This document shows, piece after piece, positions 53,627 through 63,330 of a stretch of DNA of 64,000 nt; the stretch's first letter is position 1, and each line of letters opens with the position of its first letter. Made by a program: the position numbers and the translations under genes. The stretch is from a virus, in the IMG/VR virus record IMGVR_UViG_3300009509_000008, positions 1-64,000 of that record; one strand, given 5' to 3'. Under the pieces are notes generated by a model. It saw nothing but the letters and a program-made list of their open reading frames with translations, did not search any database and had not been told where the DNA came from.

Positions 53627-55635
53627 CTCAGCCGCTTTTCATCAGCACTGATTTGAGGTACGAGAAGACGGCTGCGAGTGAGGCGAGGCTCTCAGAGAAC
53701 GCCGACACGTGGCCAGAGGAGCTCATGCAAGAGCTCAACAAGCAGCATCCGTACATGGGAGACTACGACACGTCTCCTGTGATGGTCGAAGTAGACGGCG
53801 ATCGAGGCTATGGGCTCGGCTACTTCGAGGTCCAGAACAAGACAGCCAGAAACGCCCTCGGCCCTGGGGGCGAAGCTCTGAAGTCCATGGAGGGAGTTCA
53901 GGGTATCCGGGTTCCGATCGTCATCAAGGAGAGCACCCTCAAACCACTCGATGTCTTCTTCGCTCCTGACAAGACGGCTCAGCCCCTGAGTGAGGAACGA
54001 CTCCGTGCTGCGCTGTATCGACCTCAGATGTTCGACACCACCGCCCACAAGCCGCCCGGAGTGTCTCTCGTCGACCAGCTCTATCCTCCGAGCTCGGGCA
54101 GCAGGGTGATGGGAGTTGGCTCGGTCATCGAGCACCCCAACATCAAGACGAGCTCGAGGAAGCCCAAGCTCATCATGCCCTCGCTGGCGCACACTATCTC
54201 CAGGAGCGACATCGAGGCGGTGAAGGGGGAGATGAACAAGGAAGCAAACCTTCTGCCAGCGCTCCTCAACAACGAGAACACACTTCCTTTCGTGGAGCTC
54301 CTGTCCAAGGTGGAGCCCACTACGGCGGAAGATGTGGCCAAGGTCGCCTCGAGGTCAATCAAGGCTGACACCATTCAGGTGCGTCGAGCTGGTGAAGTCT
54401 ACATCATCAAAAGAGCGAACTCCCAGATGTTTGCTCCGTCAGAGACAGAGGCAGATCGCTTCACCACAGAAGAGCAGGTTGGCCAGGACATGGTCACCGC
54501 CGCTGATCAGCTTGGGGCCGTTACCGTGTCCACAAACCCTGCGGTTCGTGAGACGGCCGAGGACGAGCGCATCGAGTCGGTGAAGCGCTTCGGGTACTAC
54601 AGGGTCAAGACCTCTGACGGAAAGGAGCTCGTTGGGTGGGTGTTCCCTACCGTCCTCGACTACGACGGGACCTCTCTCCCGATGATGATCTTTACGAATG
54701 GGGCCGTTGGATCGATTCAGCCGGAGATCGTTGGATCGTTCGCCGGCCAGCACACCAACATCATTCGTGGAAAGCCAGAAGGTCATGGATTCTTTTACCG
54801 TGTTACCGACAACGGCAGCGTGGTTGCCTTCATCCCCTCTGAATGCAAAGGCGCTTTCCGTGATGAGAGCGGCATGGGATATGTGGTCGAGTCTCTTGGC
54901 GGAGACTTCGTCGGTCGTGTGCGTCCCGTGCCAGGATTCGAGGGTATCCAGGAGATCGGAGAAGGAGAAGTCGCTATCCCCGGCGATGTGAGGTGGGCTC
55001 CACTCGAAGAGGGGGTTGACCTCATGGACGATCCGGAGGTCTTTGCGAAGACTGCCGAGTTGAAGCATCACCGTAATACCGTCCGAATCATCTCAGACGG
55101 GAGCGTGTGGAGCTTCCAAGGTCCCCCTCTACGAAAGCTCGCAGCCGATCAAACGAGCAGCCTCAACGCTGCCGATGCGCACTTCCTAGCTGTCACCCTC
55201 GGCATGGAGTCGAGCTTCGCTGCGGGCGAACTCATCAAGGCGGCCAGGAAGGGTGAGGCCTTTGTTCGTGGGTGCCGTGAGATCAACACTCCGAGAGAGA
55301 AGATGGCTGAGGCTATGACCGAGGCCCAGAAGCTCATGAAGTTGGTCCCAAAGAAGCACCTCCTTTGGAAGGAGGCAGCCTCTCTCCAGGACGTAACAAC
55401 CGTGGACAAGGTTCTCTCGATTGGGTTCATCAATCCGGAGAACATCCAGATGTTCGTCGAGTTCATTCCGGACTTCGAGGAGACCATCCAGAATCTGGCA
55501 CAGCTTCTGATGGCTACACGGATGGGCATGCCAGACCTTCCGGAGACGGCGATCAAGAACTCGATGGAACGTCTCGATGAGGTACTCGGCGGGCTAAAGA
55601 AGCTCGTGTACCGCACGGAAGTACCAGAAGCGTGA
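53623..55635 (+). CDS. KxA-motif-rich putative head protein
   Basis: 670 aa; EKTAA, AKVAS, AKTAE, RKLAA, EKMAE, WKEAA. Confidence 0.6.
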   Translation: MTQPLFISTDLRYEKTAASEARLSENADTWPEELMQELNKQHPYMGDYDTSPVMVEVDGDRGYGLGYFEVQNKTARNALGPGGEALKSMEGVQGIRVPIVIKESTLKPLDVFFAPDKTAQPLSEERLRAALYRPQMFDTTAHKPPGVSLVDQLYPPSSGSRVMGVGSVIEHPNIKTSSRKPKLIMPSLAHTISRSDIEAVKGEMNKEANLLPALLNNENTLPFVELLSKVEPTTAEDVAKVASRSIKADTIQVRRAGEVYIIKRANSQMFAPSETEADRFTTEEQVGQDMVTAADQLGAVTVSTNPAVRETAEDERIESVKRFGYYRVKTSDGKELVGWVFPTVLDYDGTSLPMMIFTNGAVGSIQPEIVGSFAGQHTNIIRGKPEGHGFFYRVTDNGSVVAFIPSECKGAFRDESGMGYVVESLGGDFVGRVRPVPGFEGIQEIGEGEVAIPGDVRWAPLEEGVDLMDDPEVFAKTAELKHHRNTVRIISDGSVWSFQGPPLRKLAADQTSSLNAADAHFLAVTLGMESSFAAGELIKAARKGEAFVRGCREINTPREKMAEAMTEAQKLMKLVPKKHLLWKEAASLQDVTTVDKVLSIGFINPENIQMFVEFIPDFEETIQNLAQLLMATRMGMPDLPETAIKNSMERLDEVLGGLKKLVYRTEVPEA

Positions 55636-56552
55636 CGGAAGACCTTGCCATCGTAGCTGCTGGAACTGTTCCAACTCGGGTACGGGATGAGAGCCCCGCC
55701 AAGTACTGGATCAAATTTCTTCTATCCCGAGGCAACCACACGTGCGACGACATAGACGTGCTGCTCACAACCATACAGCTGGGCGGGGTAGACGCCGACT
55801 ACATCAGAGCTGTCAAGGCTCGTATGGATCCTCCAACAGACTTCCAGCCGACAAACCTCCAGCATAGGGCTAGCCAACAGTTCCTTCGTGACGAGGAGAT
55901 CTACGAGGCGTGGCACAGGACCGCCGCATTCAATGAAGCGTTCGACATACTCGGTATGGGGGAGGTCAGGGCGCTCGTCGAGACCTACATCCTCTCTCCC
56001 CTCCGTACGTACCAGGCTGTGAAGAAGATTCGTGCGAAGACCGGCGTGAGCATCAGCGACAAGGCATACGATATATTTGAGCACTACTGGTGGAACAGAT
56101 CACTCATGAGTGGCGCCGAGTGGGGCGACTACATCATGCGAAGAGATGTTGCCCACCAGGAGTGGTTGCAGCTGGCTGTGCACACGCAGGGTGCGTCAGG
56201 CGCCCAGATGATCATGTGGAAGACGGGCAACCAGGCTCGTGTCCACGTTGACTCTGGTCGCATCTTCAAAGACATGCGAGACGTAGCTTACCTGTGTTTC
56301 ATGCAGAGAGCCCAAGACTTTCCGTCGGTCGAGCACTCGAAGGCCCTGCTGAACTACGCCAGAACAGCTGCTCTGGCTCAGCAGCAACTCGACGCAAGCT
56401 CCAACGCAATGCTAGACATCGTTGAGCACTTCAACCAGTTCAAGATGAGACGGGTTGAGGTGAAGACCCCTTCTATCCAGCAGCTTACGAAGGGCAACTA
56501 CTCCGAAGCTGAAGACCACGCTGGAGACAAAGAGAAGCTCGGAGATTACTGA
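55632..56552 (+). CDS. Hypothetical protein
   Basis: 306-aa helical protein; GTGA overlap. Confidence 0.6.
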   Translation: MTEDLAIVAAGTVPTRVRDESPAKYWIKFLLSRGNHTCDDIDVLLTTIQLGGVDADYIRAVKARMDPPTDFQPTNLQHRASQQFLRDEEIYEAWHRTAAFNEAFDILGMGEVRALVETYILSPLRTYQAVKKIRAKTGVSISDKAYDIFEHYWWNRSLMSGAEWGDYIMRRDVAHQEWLQLAVHTQGASGAQMIMWKTGNQARVHVDSGRIFKDMRDVAYLCFMQRAQDFPSVEHSKALLNYARTAALAQQQLDASSNAMLDIVEHFNQFKMRRVEVKTPSIQQLTKGNYSEAEDHAGDKEKLGDY

Positions 56553-56560
56553 GGAGACTG

Positions 56561-57022
56561 GTGATGGAAAACAAGCCACACGTCAGCGAGGATCGGAAGA
56601 AAGAGCTCTTCCGAAAGATGGGCATAGACGAAGTCGGTGGAACGGCAGCGGTAGATCTCAAGGTGTTTGAGATCGGTCACCTTCACACGGAGTATATCTG
56701 TGATGAGGGTGACCTGCTCATGCACTTCTTCTGGAGAAAGCCGCCACCGAAGGGAGCACCACCGGTCCGTGACCCAGGAAACGGAATGCCGCTGCAGGAC
56801 AACTATGCTCCGTGGCCTCACGGATTCCGAGAGAGGCTGTGGTCTAGCACACTCGAGACGTTCAAGCTCATGGATGAGAAGCATCGAGTCGAGCTCGAGT
56901 GGATCTCTGAGTTCCAGAGCTGGTGTGTCTTCGTCAGAGGCGTCGCCAAGATCATCACCCCTCCTCAGCCCATGCTCGTCAAGCTTGCTACAGAGTCTAT
57001 TGGACCAGAGCTCGATAACTAG
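56561..57022 (+). CDS. Hypothetical protein
   Basis: 153 aa, GAGGAG SD. Confidence 0.6.
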   Translation: MMENKPHVSEDRKKELFRKMGIDEVGGTAAVDLKVFEIGHLHTEYICDEGDLLMHFFWRKPPPKGAPPVRDPGNGMPLQDNYAPWPHGFRERLWSSTLETFKLMDEKHRVELEWISEFQSWCVFVRGVAKIITPPQPMLVKLATESIGPELDN

Positions 57023-57060
57023 CTAAGAAGAATGCCAGGTGGTGGGACTTAGTCCTGGCA
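57022..57060 (-). terminator. Intrinsic terminator
   Basis: TGCCAGG..CCTGGCA followed by TTCTTCTTAGC. Confidence 0.6.
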
Positions 57061-57267
57061 GGGATGCTCGGCCGGCTGGCAGTTGAGCTCTCTCAACCGG
57101 CCTTGCAGGTGGTAGTCATCGATCATCCCAACCACTCGGGACGATGACGTGCTGAGGTAGGCTCCGCACTCCGGGCAGCGGTACTCCTTCTTTCCGAGAG
57201 CCATGTGGAGCATCTGCCCGTCGTTCGGACAGTTCTCTGGCTCATATTGGTACGTTGAGTTCTCCAT
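57049..57267 (-). CDS. Small zinc-ribbon protein
   Basis: Start at ATG 57267 (AGGAGG SD); CPNDG..CPECG. Confidence 0.55.
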   Translation of the reverse strand: MENSTYQYEPENCPNDGQMLHMALGKKEYRCPECGAYLSTSSSRVVGMIDDYHLQGRLRELNCQPAEHPCQD

Positions 57268-57580
57268 CGTCTGTGGGCTCCTCCTTTGTGGCCCGTAGAG
57301 CCAAGACGAACCCACTGGGATCGGCACGGAGATGGATCAACTCGTGCGTACCAGCGGCCTTCACCTCGGCCTTGAGTGTTTTGTAGATCAGCTTGAATAG
57401 TTTCTCAGGTTGGTGGTGCGGCTGGAGCTCCACCCGAATGGAGTAGAGCTCGAGCTCTTCCGGACTGAACTCAAGCTCGTGCTTCATACAGCACCAGCCT
57501 TTACTCCGAGAGGTCAACTCGGAGCGCACCACCAAACTGAGCCGTCGAACGACGGCTTCAAGATCAAGCGACTTTGACAT
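57242..57580 (-). CDS. Hypothetical protein
   Basis: Start probably ATG 57580, overlapping the upstream gene. Confidence 0.5.
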   Translation of the reverse strand: MSKSLDLEAVVRRLSLVVRSELTSRSKGWCCMKHELEFSPEELELYSIRVELQPHHQPEKLFKLIYKTLKAEVKAAGTHELIHLRADPSGFVLALRATKEEPTDDGELNVPI

Positions 57581-58433
57581 CCTTCTCCGCCACCAGATCC
57601 ACACCCAGACCACTGCCGACTATTCGGTCTCGGATTGCCATTGGAATTGACATTCCGATTCGGAACTTGTCTTGGTAGTCGAGTGGAACCCATGGTTCCT
57701 CCTGCGTATAGAGGATCATATTCGACACCGTCCGTTCGAGGTCCTCGATGTGCACGGACAGCGCCGAGCACAGGTCTCGTATAGGTGTGTCCCTCCTGGG
57801 CTCACCCTCTTTCGGTGGCGGATCAGTGTCGCCCTCGAAGCGTACGTTTCGCTCCCACGATCCCCGCTTGTTCCACTTCGCAATGTCAAAGACCACCGGC
57901 CGTACTGGCCTGTTTGCCGTTCGGCCATCCCTGGTCTGAACCGTGATGAAGTTCGGAGGGACTAGCCATCCGGCGGCTGACGTGCCTTCGATGAGCAACA
58001 GCAGGTTCAGGTCTTCTCCCGCTCGCTTCTCACTCTGCTCATCAAGCGAGATCCATCTGGCACCATGGAACGTCATGGCTGCGTTGAATCTTCTGTCCTG
58101 CATAAAATCACAGAGCTGCATCATATGATCTGCTCTGCGAATAGATCCCCTGGGCAGCTCGTTATCTTCCAGGTCGCCGAAGAGCCAGGTCGCCAGCTCG
58201 ATTCTGGCCTTCTTCTCTGTCTCGTCATTGATCTGTTTAGCCGATCTTGTTTCTTTCACTCCTTTCTCCTCCATCTCTTGTCGCTCCTCAGCGAGGATGG
58301 AGAGCTTGAGATAGGTCAAGTTGATCTTGACCCATATCGGTGTCTCGTCGAATCGTTTTGCCAAACCATTCAACTTACTGATTGTTACGGACTTTGTTTT
58401 TACCCCCTCGATCGGGGTACCTTTTTCACCCAC
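57564..58433 (-). CDS. Hypothetical protein
   Basis: 289 aa, AGGAGGT SD; first gene after promoter 58471. Confidence 0.65.
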   Translation of the reverse strand: MGEKGTPIEGVKTKSVTISKLNGLAKRFDETPIWVKINLTYLKLSILAEERQEMEEKGVKETRSAKQINDETEKKARIELATWLFGDLEDNELPRGSIRRADHMMQLCDFMQDRRFNAAMTFHGARWISLDEQSEKRAGEDLNLLLLIEGTSAAGWLVPPNFITVQTRDGRTANRPVRPVVFDIAKWNKRGSWERNVRFEGDTDPPPKEGEPRRDTPIRDLCSALSVHIEDLERTVSNMILYTQEEPWVPLDYQDKFRIGMSIPMAIRDRIVGSGLGVDLVAEKDVKVA

Positions 58434-58470
58434 AGTGACCTCCTGGCTAAGGGTGATCTCCTCTAGAGCA

Positions 58471-58498
58471 CTTATAGCCTTGCCTAGATCATAATTGT
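58471..58498 (-). promoter_or_regulatory. Phage-specific promoter motif
   Basis: ACAATT-N14-GCTATAAG. Confidence 0.6.
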
Positions 58499-58513
58499 GG
58501 TAAGGTACTGTAG

Positions 58514-60349
58514 ATGTTCACCTCGACGACCACAGCACACGAGTCGATATCATACAGCCTGTATCAGAGGGCGAGCGCAGCTGTTGCCAGAGAAGTCTAC
58601 GATCAGCAGCTTGAAGAAGATATCGACCTATTCATGGATGAGGACGAGGAGCTCGAGCTACAAGAGCTGGCTGAGATAGACGCCCTCATTGACGAAGACT
58701 ACACAGACTTGCGGAAGAAGGCGCAGCACGATGTGTTGCCCTCTGAGTTCACAGAGTTCTCGATCAAGATACCCATTGCAGGTCAGCTCCATCCGTTCTC
58801 GTTTGATGGACGTGAGTATCTAAAGCCCATCTACGACACATCCTCGAGGAGGATTCTCCTCAAGTGCGGAAGGCAGACCGAGAAGAGCACCACGCTGGGC
58901 AACAGGACCTTGGCTTACTCGGCCATCAATATGGCGTTCAGGACCCTATTCGTCAGTGCCACTGCCCAGCAGGCCCAGGTATTCTCTGTCGACCGAATCA
59001 AGGACCCACTCGAGCTCTCCCCCGAGTTGCAGCAGCTCACCGACAGCAAGCTCAACCAGAACGTCTTCTTCAAGCAGTTCCGCAATCGCTCACAGATCAG
59101 GATCAGATACGCATTTCTCTCCGCTGACCGTACCCGTGGTATCCCAGCTGACCTCATCAACATCGACGAGATCCAGGACATCATCACGGAGAATATCCCG
59201 GTCATCGAGCAGTGCGCATCCCACTCCTTCTGGAAGATCTTCTGCTACTCCGGAACTCCGAAGAGTCTGGACAACACGATTGAGATCTATTGGTCGGACT
59301 TCAGTACCCAGAACGAGTGGGTCGTCCCATGTCGTAGGCACGGCACGCCCAAGAGACCAGAGACCTGGCACTGGAACATCCTTGGTGCACGGAACATTGG
59401 AAAAGAAGGACTGATCTGCTCGAGGTGCGGCAGTTCGATCAGCGCACAGGATCCGGACGCTCAGTGGGCGTCAATGCAGCCAGTCAGCGTCGACAACCAG
59501 CATCGTGTCACGTTCGAGGGATATCGTATTCCCCAGATCATGGTGCCCTGGGCTGACTGGTCAGAGATACTCACAGCGAGAGAGCACTACCCGACTGTCC
59601 AGTTCAACAACGAGGTCCTGGGTCTCAGTTACGACTCCGGAGCTCGACCACTCACTCGAGCCCAAGTGAAGGCAGTCTGTCGTCCAGACATACACTTTGC
59701 GGACGTAGAAGAGCTTGCCAGGAAGTGCCACGGTCACGTCTTTGCTGGTATCGACTGGGGCACTGGGGAGGCAGCGTCGTGGACGGTCGTTGCGCTCGGT
59801 GGGTATATGGATCACGGGTTCCAGATATTCTTCATGCACCGATTCACTGGTGATGATCTCGAGCCAAGACTACAGCTGGACAAGCTGGTCCGTCTTCTGG
59901 TCAAAGTTCGATTCACGTTGATCGGGGCAGACTACGGTGGCGGCTTTGACCGGAACGATTGGCTGATGCGTAACTTTGGACCGCAACGCCTCTTCAAGTT
60001 TGCATACTCAGCTCAGCCAAAGCAGAAGGTGAAGTGGCAACCTACCCTAGGTCGATTCATCCTACACCGCACAGAGATCATGAGCGACATCTTCAACGCA
60101 ATCAAAGCGAAGAAGATATGGCTGCCCAACTGGGAGGAGATGTTCAACCCACACGGAGAGGACCTGCTGAACATCTTCTCCGAGTTCAATCGACAGCTAA
60201 GAATGATCCAGTACAAGAACAGCCCCGGCAAAGCCGACGACTCGTTCCACGCAATCTTGTACTGCATCCTCGCCTCTATGCTTATCAAGCCCAGACCGGA
60301 CCTACTCATCCCAACGCACGCTGAAGACGTGAGCTTCGATACGAACTGA
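58514..60349 (+). CDS. terL: Terminase large subunit (GpA-like)
   Basis: adenine-binding region F..REYL..IY, Walker A CGRQTEKST, Walker B INIDEIQD, SGTP, nuclease AGIDWG..ADYGGG..DDSFHA. Confidence 0.88.
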   Translation: MFTSTTTAHESISYSLYQRASAAVAREVYDQQLEEDIDLFMDEDEELELQELAEIDALIDEDYTDLRKKAQHDVLPSEFTEFSIKIPIAGQLHPFSFDGREYLKPIYDTSSRRILLKCGRQTEKSTTLGNRTLAYSAINMAFRTLFVSATAQQAQVFSVDRIKDPLELSPELQQLTDSKLNQNVFFKQFRNRSQIRIRYAFLSADRTRGIPADLINIDEIQDIITENIPVIEQCASHSFWKIFCYSGTPKSLDNTIEIYWSDFSTQNEWVVPCRRHGTPKRPETWHWNILGARNIGKEGLICSRCGSSISAQDPDAQWASMQPVSVDNQHRVTFEGYRIPQIMVPWADWSEILTAREHYPTVQFNNEVLGLSYDSGARPLTRAQVKAVCRPDIHFADVEELARKCHGHVFAGIDWGTGEAASWTVVALGGYMDHGFQIFFMHRFTGDDLEPRLQLDKLVRLLVKVRFTLIGADYGGGFDRNDWLMRNFGPQRLFKFAYSAQPKQKVKWQPTLGRFILHRTEIMSDIFNAIKAKKIWLPNWEEMFNPHGEDLLNIFSEFNRQLRMIQYKNSPGKADDSFHAILYCILASMLIKPRPDLLIPTHAEDVSFDTN

Positions 60350-60355
60350 TGACCA

Positions 60356-60432
60356 GGTAAGAAGGAACCCCGAGGTCCCTGGCGGCGGGCTGACCTTTCG
60401 GTCAGGCGCACAGGGATAGTTCCTCGGGTTCC
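60356..60432 (-). terminator. Long three-tier hairpin terminator / structured 3' RNA element
   Basis: GGAACCCGAGG..TCCCTG..CTGACC-GAAA-GGTCAG..CAGGGA-CCTCGGGGTTCC-TTCTTAC. Confidence 0.65.
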
Positions 60433-60472
60433 GTTACAGACGTTGGGTCGGACCAGATCGAATCGCCGATGG

Positions 60473-61105
60473 CTACTTGGATGCGGCCCTTCGACCTCTC
60501 TTCGTAGCCGGCTTGGCTTTTGGGGTCTTGACCTTCTCGACAGCGACTCCATCGTTGATGCTCTCGATTCTCGTGACGAGAACCTCGAGCTTCTCGGTGG
60601 CACTGTCTACCACCTTGCGAGCGAACTGGGCATCGGCTTTCGCTTCTGCCGCCTGCTCGGCTACGGCATCGAGGTCACCGATTGCTGCCTCGAATGCCTT
60701 GCGCTCCCTCTGCTGCTCAGTGCGAAAGACGCTGAGCGAGTCACGCAGTTTCATCTCGGCAGCCTTCTCGCCCCGAAGCTGGTACACCTCGGCGACCTCG
60801 GCAATCAAATCGATGAAGCGCCGGTTGTCCGCCTGGTTGGCGAACCACTGATAGGTCTCTTCCATACCGAGACCTAAAGCTGCAGCGCCGGCTCCCACCA
60901 ACCACCTCCACCATCCGATGCCGAAAAGGGCACCGGACCCGAAGAAGCCACCGACGGCGCAAGCGGCTGTGGTGAGAACGCCGATGATGATACGCCGGGG
61001 CCAATTGGGCCTCAGCGCCGCCATGATCTGGAGAACCTGCTCCTCGGAGACGGGTTCGGTGGGTTGGTTGGGGGTGGGTTGGTTGGTTTGAGTTTGATCA
61101 GTCAT
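60473..61105 (-). CDS. Membrane protein with coiled coil
   Basis: GGAGG SD; QPTP repeats, two TM segments, coiled coil, basic tail. Confidence 0.65.
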   Translation of the reverse strand: MTDQTQTNQPTPNQPTEPVSEEQVLQIMAALRPNWPRRIIIGVLTTAACAVGGFFGSGALFGIGWWRWLVGAGAAALGLGMEETYQWFANQADNRRFIDLIAEVAEVYQLRGEKAAEMKLRDSLSVFRTEQQRERKAFEAAIGDLDAVAEQAAEAKADAQFARKVVDSATEKLEVLVTRIESINDGVAVEKVKTPKAKPATKRGRRAASK

Positions 61106-61165
61106 TTTATCCTCCCTGGCCAGGGTTTATGGGGGGCGTAATTGCCCCGAATCACACTCAAAAAT

Positions 61166-61194
61166 CTTATGCCAAGAGAATGCTCTAATTTTGA
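61166..61194 (-). promoter_or_regulatory. Phage-specific promoter motif
   Basis: TCAAAA-N15-GGCATAAG. Confidence 0.55.
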
Positions 61195-61198
61195 CTAT

Positions 61199-61942
61199 TT
61201 AGATGGGTCGGAGGTGACCCTGTCTTCCGGAGGCTTTTAGCTGCTTTGCCATGTCGTCAAACATGTCAACGTCGTTCGAGGCGAGCTCAGTCAGGAGGTC
61301 ACGACTTGTTCCAGAGTCACCGTGGGCATGTATGAAGAACATGGCTATGCTGCGCATGTTCGATCTGCCGATGGCGAAGAGCTCGAGGACTCGTTGCAGA
61401 TCAAGATCGGTGTCTCTGTCTGGGTGGTCTCGTACGTAGAGCGTGGTTTTGATCAGAAGCTGATAGAATGGTTCCCACCCTGTGGTGGTTTCGAGAGCCC
61501 TGTTGATGAGTTCGATCTCTGCTTCCGTGATCAGCATGAAGATCTCGCAGAAGCTGAGTAATCGATCCGTGGGCCACTCGTCGTACTCGAGGTTCTTGAC
61601 CATGGAGTTGTGAAGATGTGCGAGCTGTCCGGGGCTCATCTTCGAGAACCGTGAGGCCGACATGCGATTGATGTCGAACAGCATATTGATAGAGCTCTCG
61701 AGGCGCTCTACCTTTGCTTGAAGAAGTCGCATCTCGTGAATGAGCTTGGCGGCCGGTAGCTCGTCTGCCATTCCGAGTCTTTTGATGGCCTCAACGTCAG
61801 CTCCGTCGACGAATAGCTCTCCCTCGACCTCTCGATACTTCATCAGGCCACGTCTTGCGATCCGCTCGACACGAGACTCTGAACAGCCCAAGATTTGAGA
61901 GGCTGCCGCAACGTCAATGAATCCTTGGGGGTTGCTTCCCAT
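61199..61942 (-). CDS. Xis/MerR-type HTH DNA-binding protein
   Basis: FIDVAAASQILGCSESRVERIARRGLM..LFV...DV winged HTH followed by a coiled coil. Confidence 0.65.
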   Translation of the reverse strand: MGSNPQGFIDVAAASQILGCSESRVERIARRGLMKYREVEGELFVDGADVEAIKRLGMADELPAAKLIHEMRLLQAKVERLESSINMLFDINRMSASRFSKMSPGQLAHLHNSMVKNLEYDEWPTDRLLSFCEIFMLITEAEIELINRALETTTGWEPFYQLLIKTTLYVRDHPDRDTDLDLQRVLELFAIGRSNMRSIAMFFIHAHGDSGTSRDLLTELASNDVDMFDDMAKQLKASGRQGHLRPI

Positions 61943-62020
61943 TCGATCCTCTATATGCTAAGTTTGATAGTAGCACAGGCGAGGTTTATCTAAAGGACGA
62001 ATGATCGCTCCCGAAAACGA

Positions 62021-62953
62021 ATGGCCTCGCAAGGGGCGCCAGCTATGAGGGACAGGCGCATGATGGCATTTGAGCAGGCACTAACCACTGGGAGTCACAC
62101 CCATGGTGGTGTATCACCCGAGCGGCTCCGTCTTTTGGCAAAGCAGGCAAGCGCCAACTACGCCAGAGGCGGAACCTCGCTTACTGACGCCGTCGCCGAT
62201 GTCCTGCGTGATCAGCAAGGCCTCGGCCCGGAACACGTGCGTAGAGTGACCGAGTTCGCAAACACCTACGCATTTGATGACGCCTTCTCGAAGGAGGCAG
62301 GGGATCACCGTGTTGTGAACTTCGACAGCGGTCCCGCCGACCCTTCGGGGGTAATGAAGGAACTCAGGCTAGACCCGACGCCGATGACTTCGGGACCCTC
62401 GTTCTCCCAGCCAACAGGATACGTGCCTGGTGAGGATGGGATCGAGGCTATGTTCGGAGGTCATCAGAAGACAGCGAGCCAGATGATGCGGTCCCAAGAC
62501 TACCCATACGAGAACCCGCATGGGAAGGTCATCAAGCTGTGGGAGGATCTCACTGCGACGAGGGACAAGATCGCCAGCGATCTGTCGACGCTGGAGAACG
62601 CCTACAACACGTCTGTGAGTCGCCTGTACAAGGAGGCCCGACAGGTGCTGTCAGATGGGCACTCGCCAGCAGATGTCTCGTCGGTGGTCGCATCGGCATC
62701 CCCGCATCCGAACTTCGTGAAGCTTGCGCTCAAGCTCATCTCGAAGAAGATGGAGGCGAACGGGGTTCCAGCTTGCGCCAACACCACGAAGGTTGCGGCA
62801 GCGAGACTCGCAAACACGCAGCACCCTCTGTTCAGGGCAACGCAGGAGTTCGTGAAGATCGCCGAGGACCGCTTCACGCACGTCGCTGCGCTCGAGCACG
62901 TGAACGAGCAGCTCGAGGTAGTGCGGAGGCGCCTGAAGGAGGTCATCCAATGA
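62021..62953 (+). CDS. KxA-motif-rich putative head/scaffold protein
   Basis: AKQAS, SKEAG, QKTAS, DKIAS, VKLA, TKVAA, VKIAE. Confidence 0.6.
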   Translation: MASQGAPAMRDRRMMAFEQALTTGSHTHGGVSPERLRLLAKQASANYARGGTSLTDAVADVLRDQQGLGPEHVRRVTEFANTYAFDDAFSKEAGDHRVVNFDSGPADPSGVMKELRLDPTPMTSGPSFSQPTGYVPGEDGIEAMFGGHQKTASQMMRSQDYPYENPHGKVIKLWEDLTATRDKIASDLSTLENAYNTSVSRLYKEARQVLSDGHSPADVSSVVASASPHPNFVKLALKLISKKMEANGVPACANTTKVAAARLANTQHPLFRATQEFVKIAEDRFTHVAALEHVNEQLEVVRRRLKEVIQ

Positions 62954-63330
62954 ACGGACTACTCGCTGGTGAGCTGGTTGTACGAGCAGCTATGAAGCGA
63001 GAAGCCGATCAAGAGCTCGAGAAGGAAGCGGCCAGCATCAGCGGAGCAGTCCGGGGTGCTGGCCGTGTCATTCAGGGCACAGCTCGAGGCCTTGGCAGGG
63101 GGCTTGAGAGTGAGATCGGCGGCGCTACTGGAAAAGTTCTCCGCATGGGAGCTGAAGCGGCCCCCACCGTGGCGGGCCTCGGCCTTGGTGCCTACGGCCT
63201 AGAGTCAGCGTTGGGCCATCCCGGTGAGCGTTGGCTTCGCCAGAAAAAGGAACAGATCAAAGCTCGCCTATCTGGACAGATGGGCGCAACCAGGGCAGTC
63301 TATAATCCAGCAACGGGGCAGTGGTACTGA
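62950..63330 (+). CDS. ELEKEA-motif glycine-rich protein
   Basis: Start at ATG 62950 (ATGA overlap); QELEKEAA followed by a Gly/Ala-rich region. Confidence 0.6.
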   Translation: MNGLLAGELVVRAAMKREADQELEKEAASISGAVRGAGRVIQGTARGLGRGLESEIGGATGKVLRMGAEAAPTVAGLGLGAYGLESALGHPGERWLRQKKEQIKARLSGQMGATRAVYNPATGQWY

